From Mantamonas sphyraenae STR306 (lineage: Eukaryota; Protista; CRuMs): a stretch of DNA of 64,000 nt. Position numbers and translations under genes: made by a program. Of this stretch, positions 56,086 to 64,000 are shown piece after piece (position 1 is the first letter of the stretch; every line of letters starts with the position of its first letter). The notes beneath the pieces were generated by a model that saw only the letters and a list, made by a program, of their open reading frames with translations, searched no databases and was not told where the DNA came from. The DNA lies in NCBI GenBank assembly GCA_026936335.1, contig JAPMXV010000072.1:188491-252490 (forward strand). The letters are read 5' to 3'.

Positions 56086-59000
56086 TCATTCGAGGCGCTG
56101 GCGTTTGGAGGAGGAGGAGGAGGAGGAGGAGGAAGAGGAGGAGGAAGAGGAAGGGTCTTTGCGCTTGGGAAGGGTGAAGGCGGGGATGGGGCAGGCGTTG
56201 ACGAGTGCGGTGGTGGTGGGGCGGGTGGTGATGTGGGGTGTGATGCGGTCGATGAGGGTGTGGAGGAGAGTGTGCAGTGTGGCGTCGCTGGGTTGTGGGT
56301 TATCGAGCCAGGCGATCTTGAGGGAGAGGGAGGTAACACCGCGGGTTAGAGAGTGACTGATGGCAGTGGAGGCATCGTTGTAGTTGAGGTGTGGTCTGAG
56401 GAGGCGGACAAAGAAGGCCAGGTCGACAGGCGGCACGCCAACGTTGCCCAGCGCCAGGATGATGTGTCGCACCAGGGACATCAGGCTGCCGTTGTTGATC
56501 AACTCACGCAGTGCCTGGTGCTCGTGTGCGTACTGATGGCGAGGGTGCTGGGCTGCGCGTGCCTTCATGTGTGCCAGCAGCGTTTGGAACTCCCGCGACG
56601 TGCTGCTGCCACGCTCGTCGCTGTTGGCTCTGCTCCAGCCACTGCGCACAGACTCAGGGTGCCACTTCTCGCCACCAGCGGTGTTAAGGTGGAGGTCGTA
56701 GTCGCATTGTGTCCAGTGTGGGTCGCCGTCGTTGGCAGCAGGGCGTTGTGCTCCCTGCAGCCACAGCTGGGTCTGCTTGTGCTCCTTCCAGGTGCTGGGA
56801 TGGGGCCTGTCGCCGAGTGTGTCCATTTCTGTCATGAGGAGGTGGAGGAGGGCGTAGTTGGGGTCGCCGTGGTCGTGTGGCTCCTCCAGCCAGCACACCT
56901 TCAACCCAGCCTTTGTCACACCCATGGCCAGACCAGCGTGGTCAATGGCAAGGGTGCACGTGCGTTGATCCATTTCACGGCCGAGAAGGGTGAGGCAGAA
57001 GGTCATGTCTCCCTGGGAGAGGGGAATGTTGCCGAGTGCAAGCTGAATCTGTCGGACCAGCGTCAGCAGGGTGCCATGGCAGACCACAACACGCGCCTGC
57101 AGGGTCACGAGGTCGGGGATGTCGTCGATGGGATGCTGTTTGACCAGAGTGTGAATGTGGTTCAGCAGTGCCGTGTACTCCTTCTTGTTGCTGTGCATGC
57201 GCTCGCTCTTGCGCCAGCGAGTCCAGCCACTGCGCACAACGCCATCTGGCAGTCCATCCTCAGCGGCCATATTCTCCTCCTCTGTGGGCTCGGGCAGAAC
57301 AAGCTCGGGGATGTCGAGGTTGCTGACGGCGTCGATGGTAGTGGGACGGGTGGTGATGTGGGCTGTGATCCGGTCGATGAGGGTGTGGAGGAGGGTGTGC
57401 AGTGTGGCGTCGCTGGGTTTGGGTTTGTCGATCCAGGCGATCTTGAGGGAGAGGGAGGTGACGCCGCGGTTGAGGGTGAAGCTGATGGCACTTTGCACCT
57501 GCTGGTAGGTGAGGCGTGGTCTGAGGAGGCGGACAAAGAAGGCCAGGTCGACAGGCGGAAGGCCAACGTTGCCCAGCGCCAGGATGATGTGTCGCAGAAG
57601 GGACAGCTGGCTACCGGTGTTGATCAACTCACGCAGTGCCTGGTGCTCGTGTGTGTGCTGGTGGCGAGAGTGCTTGGCTGCGCGTGCCTTCATGTGTGCC
57701 AGCAGCGTCTGGAACTCCCGCGCCGTGCAGCTGCCACGCTCGTCGCTGGGATTTCCCTTGTTCCAGCCACTGCGAATAGACACAGGATGCCACTTGTCCA
57801 CCTTGGTGGTGGTGAGGTGGTGGTCGTAGTCGCATTGTGTCCAATGTGGGTCGCTGTCGTTGTCAGCAGGGCGTCGTGCTTCCTGCAGCAATAGCTGGGT
57901 CTGCTCGTGTTCCTTCCAGCTGGTGGGATAGGGCCTGTTGCCGAGAGTGTCCATCTCTGTCATGAGCAGGTGGAGGAGGGCGTAGTTGGTGTCGCCGTAG
58001 TCGTGTGGCTCCTCCAGCCAGCACACCTTCAACCCATCTTTTGTCACACCCATGGCCAGACCAGCGTTCTTGATGGCAGTTCTGCACGCCTGTTGATCCA
58101 CATCACGGCCGAGAAGGGTGAGAAACAAGGCCATGTCGCCCTGGGAGAGGGGAATATTGCCCAGAGCGAGCAGAATCTGTCGGACAAGCGTCAGCAGGGT
58201 GCCATGGCAGACCACAACACGCGCCTGCAGGGTCATGATGTCGGGGATGTTGTCGATGGGATGCTGGTTGGCCAGAGTGTGCATGTGGTTCAGCAGTGCC
58301 GTGTGCTCCTTCTTGTTGCTGTGGCTGCGATCACAGTGGTCACCACCAACCGCCCACCCTTTACGCACAACGCCATCTGGCAACTTGTTCTTCTTGTCCT
58401 CGCCTGATTTCTTCCGTGCGCCGGTGTCTCCGTTCTTGGCCCTCCTTGCCAGTGTGCTCGACGTTCCTGTCTCGGTGCCACTGTCAGCCGTGACCCTGCG
58501 CCTGCGCTGTCCGCTGCCTTTCATCTTTTGTGGACCGGTGAGTCGGCTGGTGTGGCACCTGCGTCGTTGTGCGTGGCCTCTACTTGTGCGTCTCAGCTGC
58601 CAATCGTCCGTGTCCTCCTGCTCCATGTCGTCTGCGTCGCCGTCACCGTCGTCTTGCGGCATGTACTCCTCATACATGGCTTCAGCAGTATCTGCAAAGA
58701 AGAGTGGGCCGTGAGTTTCAAACTCGTCGTCCACGTGCTGCTGGGTTGTGTCGTTTGCCTCGCCGTCTTCTTCGTACGCCTCCATCCATGAGCTGGTCAT
58801 CCACTCTGGGTTGCTGGTGATTGACCGTGGTTCACGGTGGCCAAAGTTCAGGAACATCAGGTCTTCCACCTCGCCAGTGTCATGTGTGTGTGTGTCCTGG
58901 TCTGCGTCTTCGTCGCTGTCTCCAGTCTGCCGTGTGGCCTGGTGGGAGGAGGACGACGATGTGGTGGTGGATGTGGTCCGTGTGATGCCTACAAAGGCAG

Positions 59001-59674
59001 GGCTGATGCGTTTGGGGACGCGGTTGTGGTTTGTGGTGGGTTGAGCAGGCGGACGGGGCAACGGAGTCTGAGCGAAGTGCACCTGGGCGGTTTGTCGCGG
59101 CTGAGGAGGAGGCGGAGGAGGGTAGGCGTAGTGTGGATGGTGATGGCCGTATGCGGAGTGCTGCTGCGGGTGGGTGTTGACAGGGACCCAGATGATGGGT
59201 AGTTGTGGGTGCTGGTACGGGTTTTGTACGCCTTGGACGGACAGCATGTTCGGAAACGGCTGGGCAGCCATGGGAGGGACCATGTACGCGTAGCTGTGGG
59301 GGAGATGGGAGGTGCAGGGCGGGGTGGGAACGGTGAGCGGAAGGCGGAATGGACGCCGTCAGGGCAGAAGCGGGGAGAAAGGAGGCTGGAACGAGCAGAG
59401 AGGGAAAGAGGAGAAGATTGGCAGACGGGGAAACTGGCAACGGGGAGGGCAGTGACAGGGGAGACGGGATCGGAGTAGAGCGGAGAAGGCAGCGGCGGTG
59501 GTGATGGGGAAGTGGAGATGCAGGACAGGAGTGCAGTGAAGCGACGGAGGCATGGAGGAGGCAAAGAAGTGGGAGGAGCGGGCAGTCAGAAAACGGAGTG
59601 GAAGGCAGAACGCACGCTGGGTAGGTGTTGGGTGTGTGTTGTTGCTTCGGAGTGCTTGAGTAGTCTTTGTCCAT
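56086..59674 (-). CDS. Uncharacterised nuclear protein with two 376-aa tandem units (four related subdomains, putative winged helix); exons 59674-59616 and 59293-56086 (about 1088 aa)
   Basis: Long ORF; 322-nt GT-AG intron with CCTGAC; P/Q/H-rich then acidic N-terminus; C-terminal PKRK...KRQRLE NLS-like motif. Confidence 0.8.
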
Positions 59675-59774
59675 GATGGTAGTGGTGGTACTGGAGTGTA
59701 TGTGGATTGTGTTGGACTGGTGGAGGGTGTTCTGGGTGTTGGTGATACTTTGGTTGCAGGCGGATGTGGGCTGC

Positions 59775-59949
59775 ACAGGTGGACGAGGCTAAAGGGACGG
59801 CGTTGGTGATGAATGGGGAGGAGGGGGAGGCAATATTTGGGTGTGGTGGGATGGAGGAGTATGTGGAGGAGAGAGGATGGGAAGGGTGGGTGACACTGCC
59901 GAATGAGGTGATGGAGAGGGTGGTTGGGTGGCTGGGGAGGGGAAGGTGA
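59775..59949 (+). pseudogene. Orphan 3' fragment of an LRR-ANK-F-box-like gene
   Basis: QVDEAKGTALVMNGEEGEAIFGCGGMEEYVEERGWEGWVTLPNEVMERVVGWLGRGR, most similar to the tail at about 51047-51221. Confidence 0.85.
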
Positions 59950-59979
59950 GTGCGAAGGGTGTGGGAATGAAAGGGAGGT

Positions 59980-62900
59980 TCATTCGAGGCGTTGGCGTTT
60001 GGAGGAGGAGGAGGAGGAGGAGGAGGAGGAGGAGGAGGAGGAGGAAGGGTCTTTGCGCTTGGGAAGGGTGAAAGAGGGGATGGGGAAGGTGTTGACGAGT
60101 GCAGGGGTGGTGGGGCGTGTGGTGACGTGGGGTGTGATGCGGTCGATGAGGGTGTGCAGGAGGGTGTACAGCGTGGCGTCGCTGGGTTTGGGTTTGTCGA
60201 GCCAGGCGATCTTGAGCGAGAGGGAGGTGACGCCGCGGGTGAGGGTGTCGCTGATGGCAGGTTGCAACTGCTTGTAGGTGAGGCGTGGCCTGAGGAGGCG
60301 GACAAAGAAGGCCAAGTCGACAGGCGGCACGCCCACGTTGCCCAGCGCCAGGATGATGTGTCGCACCAGGGACATCTTGCTGCCGTTGTTGATCAGCTCA
60401 CGCAGTGCATGGTGCTCGTGTGCGTGCCGATGGCGAGGGTGCTTGGCTGCGCGTGCCTTCATGTGTGCCAGCAGCGTCTGGAACTCCCGCGCCGTGCAGC
60501 TGCCTCGCTCGTCGTTGGGATTGTGCGTTGCCCAGCCACTGCGCACAGACTCAGGATGCCACTTGTACACCTTGGTGGTGGTGAGGAGGTGGTCGTAGTC
60601 GCATTGTGTCCAGTGTGGGTCGCTGTCGTTGTCAGCAGGGCGTCGTGCTCCCTGCAGCCACAGCTGAGTTTTCTCGTGCTCCTTCCAGGTGGTGGGATGG
60701 GTTCTGTTGCCGAGAGTGTCCATCTCTGTCATGAGGAGGTGGAGGAGGGCGTAGTTGGGGTCGCCGTGGTCGTGTGGCTCCTCCAGCCAGCACACCTTCA
60801 ACCCAGCCTTTGTCACACCTACGGCCAGACCAGCGTGGAGGATAGCATGGCTGCACGCATGTTGATCCATCTCAAGGCCAAGAAGGGTGAGGCAGAGGGC
60901 CATGTCGCCCTTTGAGAGGGGAACGTTGCCCAGAGCGAGCTGAATCTGTCGGATCAGCGTGTTCAGGGTGCCATGGCAGACCACAACACGCGCCTGCTGG
61001 GTCATGAGGTCGGGGAGGTTATCGATGGGATGCTCGTTGGCCAGAGTGTGCATGTGGTTGAGCAGTGCCGTGTGCTCCTTCTTGTTGCTGTGGCTGCGCT
61101 CGCTCTTGCGCCACTGCGTCCAGCCACTGCGCACAACGCCATCTGGCAGTCCATCCTCCACGGCCATCCTCTCCTCCTCCGTGGGCTCAGGAAGAACAAG
61201 CTCGGGGGTGTAAAGGGCGTTGACGGCGTCGGTGGTGGTGGGGCGGGTGGTGATGTGGGGTGTGATGCGGTCGATGAGGATGTGAAGGAGGGTGTGCAGT
61301 GTGGCGTCGCTGGGTTGGGGGTTGTCGAGCCAGGCGATCTTGAGGGAAAGGGAGGTGACGCCACGGGAGAGGGTGTTCTTGATGGCATTTTGCACCTGCT
61401 CGTAGGTGAGGCGTGGTCTGAGGAGGCGGACAAAGAAGGCCAGGTCGACAGGCGGCACGCCAACGTTGCCCAGCGCCAGGATGATGTGTCGCACAAGGGA
61501 CTGCAGGCTGCCGTTGTTGATCAGCTCACGCAGTGCCTGGTTCTCGTGTGCGTGCCGATGGCGAGGGTGCTTGGCTGCGCGTGCCTTCATGTTTGCCAGC
61601 AGCGTCTGGAACTCACGCGCCGTGCAGCTGCCACGATCGTCGCTGGGACCTTTGTTCCAGCCACTGCGCACAGACTCAGGATGCCACTTGCTCAACTTGG
61701 TGGTGGTGGTGAGGTGGTGGTCGTAGTCGCATTGTGTCCAGTGTGGGTCGCTGTCGTTGTCAGCAGGGCGTCGTGCTTTCTGCAACCACAGCTGGGTCTG
61801 CTTGTGCTGCTTCCAGGTGGTGGGATGGGGCCTGTCGCCGAGGGTGTCCATCTCTGTCATGAGCAGGTGGAGGAGGGCGTAGTTGGGGTCGCCGTGGTCG
61901 TGTGGCTCCTCCAACCAGCCCACCTTCAACCCAGCCTTTGTCACACCCATTGCCAGACCAGCGTTGATGATGGCAGTGCTGCACGCCTGTTGATCCATGT
62001 CTTTCCCGAGAAGTGTGAGAAAGGATGCCATGTCGCCCTGGGAGAGGGGGATGTTGCCCAGAGCGAGCTGAATCTGTCGGACGAGCGTCAACAGGGTGCC
62101 ATGGCAGACCACAACACGCGCCTGCAGGGTCATGAGGTCGGGGATGTTGTCGATGGGATGCTCGTTGGCCAGGGTGTGCATGTGGTTCAGCAGTGCCGTG
62201 TGCTCCTTCCTGTTGCTGCGGCTGCGCTCGTCACTGTGTCCCGCTGTCCAGCCTTTGCGCACAACCCCATCTGGCAACTTGTCCATCTTGGTCACGCCTG
62301 ATTTCTTCCCTGCGCCGGTGCCTACGTTCTTGGCCATCCTTGCCCGTGTGCTCGACGTTCCTGTCTCCGTGCCACTGCCAGCCGTGACCCTGAGCCTGCG
62401 CTGCCCGCTGCCTTTCATCTGTTGTGAAACAGTACGGCGGCTGTTGTGGTCTCTGCCACGTCTGTGGCCTCTACTTGTGCGTCTCGGCTGCCATTCGTCC
62501 GTGTACTTATGTTCCATGTCGTCTGTGTCGCCGTCGCTGTCGTCTTGCGGCATGCACTCCTCATCCATGGCATCACCAGTTTCTGCAAAACTGAGTGTGC
62601 CCTGAGTTTCCAACTCGTCGTCCACGTGCTGCTGAGTTGCGTCGTTTGCCTCGCCGTCTTCTTCGTACGCCTCCATCCCTGAGCTGGTCATCCACTCTGA
62701 GTTGCTGGAGGTTGTTCGTGGTTCTCGGTGGCCAAAGTTCAGGAGCATCGGGTCCTGCACGTCGCCGGTGTCATGTGTGTGTGTGTCCTGGTCTGCGTCG
62801 TCGTCATCGCTGTCTCCAGTCTGCCGTGTGGCCTGGTGGGAGGAGGAGGACGATGTGGTGGTGGATGTGGTCCGTGTGATGCCAACAAAGTCAGAGCTGA

Positions 62901-63573
62901 TGCGTTTGGGGACGCCGTTGTGGTTTGTGGTGGGTTGAGCAGGCGGAGGGTGCAACGGAGGCTGAGCGAAGTGCATCTGGGCGGTTTGTCGCGGCTGAGG
63001 AGGCGGAGGAGGAGGATAGGCGTAGTATGGGTGGCCCTGATGAGCATATGCGGTGTGCTGCTGAGGGTAGGTGTTGACAGGCACCCAGATGATGGGTGGT
63101 TGTGGATGCTGGTACGGGTTTTGTACGCCAGAGACGGGCAGCATGTTCGGAAACGGCTGGGCAGCCATGGGAGGGACCATGTACCCGTAGCTGTGGGGGG
63201 GACGAGGACGGGTAGGGTGGGGTGGGAACGGTGAGCGGAGGGCGGAAGGGACGCCGTCAGGGCAGAAGCGGGGGTGAAGGGAGGCTGGAACGAGCAGGGA
63301 GGGAAAACGGAGGAGATCGGCAGACGGGGAAACTGGCAACGGGGAGGGCAGTGGCAGGGGAGACGGGATCGGAGAAGAGCGGAGAAGGCAGCGGCGGTGG
63401 TGATGGGGAAGTGGAGATGCAGGGGAGGCGTGCAGGGAAGCGACAGAGGCATGGGGGAGGCAAGGAAGCGGGAGAAGCGGGCAGTCAGAAAACGGAGTGG
63501 AAGGCAGAACGCACGCTGGGTAGGTGTTGGGTGTGCGTTGTTGCTTCGGAGTGCTTGAGTAGTCTTTGTCCAT
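59980..63573 (-). CDS. Telomere-proximal paralog of the tandem-domain (putative winged-helix) protein; exons 63573-63515 and 63190-59980 (about 1089 aa)
   Basis: Same architecture as the 56086 copy. Its intron is 324 nt versus 322 nt in the paralog, a non-triplet difference that supports splicing. Confidence 0.8.
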   Translation of the reverse strand: MDKDYSSTPKQQRTPNTYPACVLPSTPFSDCPLLPLPCLPHASVASLHASPASPLPHHHRRCLLRSSPIPSPLPLPSPLPVSPSADLLRFPSLLVPASLHPRFCPDGVPSALRSPFPPHPTRPRPPHSYGYMVPPMAAQPFPNMLPVSGVQNPYQHPQPPIIWVPVNTYPQQHTAYAHQGHPYYAYPPPPPPQPRQTAQMHFAQPPLHPPPAQPTTNHNGVPKRISSDFVGITRTTSTTTSSSSSHQATRQTGDSDDDDADQDTHTHDTGDVQDPMLLNFGHREPRTTSSNSEWMTSSGMEAYEEDGEANDATQQHVDDELETQGTLSFAETGDAMDEECMPQDDSDGDTDDMEHKYTDEWQPRRTSRGHRRGRDHNSRRTVSQQMKGSGQRRLRVTAGSGTETGTSSTRARMAKNVGTGAGKKSGVTKMDKLPDGVVRKGWTAGHSDERSRSNRKEHTALLNHMHTLANEHPIDNIPDLMTLQARVVVCHGTLLTLVRQIQLALGNIPLSQGDMASFLTLLGKDMDQQACSTAIINAGLAMGVTKAGLKVGWLEEPHDHGDPNYALLHLLMTEMDTLGDRPHPTTWKQHKQTQLWLQKARRPADNDSDPHWTQCDYDHHLTTTTKLSKWHPESVRSGWNKGPSDDRGSCTAREFQTLLANMKARAAKHPRHRHAHENQALRELINNGSLQSLVRHIILALGNVGVPPVDLAFFVRLLRPRLTYEQVQNAIKNTLSRGVTSLSLKIAWLDNPQPSDATLHTLLHILIDRITPHITTRPTTTDAVNALYTPELVLPEPTEEERMAVEDGLPDGVVRSGWTQWRKSERSHSNKKEHTALLNHMHTLANEHPIDNLPDLMTQQARVVVCHGTLNTLIRQIQLALGNVPLSKGDMALCLTLLGLEMDQHACSHAILHAGLAVGVTKAGLKVCWLEEPHDHGDPNYALLHLLMTEMDTLGNRTHPTTWKEHEKTQLWLQGARRPADNDSDPHWTQCDYDHLLTTTKVYKWHPESVRSGWATHNPNDERGSCTAREFQTLLAHMKARAAKHPRHRHAHEHHALRELINNGSKMSLVRHIILALGNVGVPPVDLAFFVRLLRPRLTYKQLQPAISDTLTRGVTSLSLKIAWLDKPKPSDATLYTLLHTLIDRITPHVTTRPTTPALVNTFPIPSFTLPKRKDPSSSSSSSSSSSSSSSKRQRLE

Positions 63574-63829
63574 GATGGTAGTGGTGGTACTGGAGTGTAT
63601 GTGGATTGTGTTGGACTGGTGGAGGGTGTTGTGGGTGTTGGTGATGTTTTGGTTGAAGGCGGATGGGCAGTGCTGACTGCGCGGCGTTGCAAGACGACGA
63701 CCACTCATCAGCGACATTTCCACTCCCACCCATTGCCCACTGCCCCATGTCACCGCCCAACTCAGCCACCCCGCCAGCAGAGACAAGCACAACTCAATAG
63801 ACATAGACAGGACAAGTATCACCCATCAT

Positions 63830-64000
63830 TTAGGGTTGGGTTAGGGTTAGGGTTAGGGTTAGGGTTAGGGTTAGGGTTAGGGTTAGGGTTAGGGTTAGGG
63901 TTAGGGTTAGGGTTAGGGTTAGGGTTAGGGTTAGGGTTAGGGTTAGGGTTAGGGTTAGGGTTAGGGTTAGGGTTAGGGTTAGGGTTAGGGTTAGGGTTAG
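63830..64000 (+). repeat. Telomere, (TTAGGG)n
   Basis: Perfect TTAGGG array to the window end, G-strand running 5'->3' outward, with one proximal TTGGG variant at 63836-63840. Confidence 0.98.

Larger units (their letters stand above)
56082..63665. repeat. Subtelomeric direct duplication of about 3.7 kb (56082-59766 vs 59976-63665), each with an internal 1128-nt repeat
   Basis: Colinear gene, intron and upstream region in both copies. Confidence 0.92.

Noticed and set aside
51239-63665. Telomere-associated retrotransposon or Y'-like helicase element
   Set aside because: No reverse transcriptase, integrase, helicase or gag motifs and no poly(A) tail or LTR; the repeated gene has a spliceosomal intron.
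63574-63822. N-terminal extension of the 1280-aa ORF (59980-63822)
   Set aside because: The ORF reads through a 324-nt intron by chance. The paralog's intron is 322 nt and breaks the frame, and homology between copies stops at about 63665.
1-64000. Non-standard genetic code or stop-codon readthrough
   Set aside because: TAA, TAG and TGA all end conserved genes at the expected positions. ORF breaks are explained by GT-AG introns or single-base frame errors.

Overview
This is the last 64 kb of a chromosome arm from a very gene-dense, GC-rich eukaryotic microbe (protist-like; taxon cannot be determined from the sequence). It uses the standard genetic code and short GT-AG introns with a CTGAC branch site, and it ends in a (TTAGGG)n telomere at 63830-64000. 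The left half (1-32.4 kb) is housekeeping genes: GPC1-like, YIPF1, kinesin-8, GPKOW, HSC20, MTHFS, FBH1, TEN1-like, TPI, KBL/GCAT, USP10-like, BOP1, PTH2, DMAP1 and an M20 peptidase. They mostly alternate strand, with 42-174 nt head-to-head gaps and 3-128 nt tail-to-tail gaps. The right half (32.4-63.8 kb) is a subtelomeric accessory zone. It holds an LRR/Cys-rich multi-TM receptor, five paralogous RI-type LRR + ankyrin + C-terminal F-box-like genes, an ABCA transporter, a Crinkler/RHS-type NTPase + restriction-endonuclease gene, and three copies of an unrecognised gene. That gene is the best candidate for a new system. It encodes a transcription-factor-like protein of near-identical 376-aa tandem units whose differences cluster in a few short segments, one a putative winged-helix recognition helix, suggesting a modular, diversifying nucleic-acid-binding family. 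A strong orientation-independent, sawtooth G/C strand skew also appears to shape protein low-complexity composition. Exon models were derived by hand from splice signals and frame continuity; no database searches were run.
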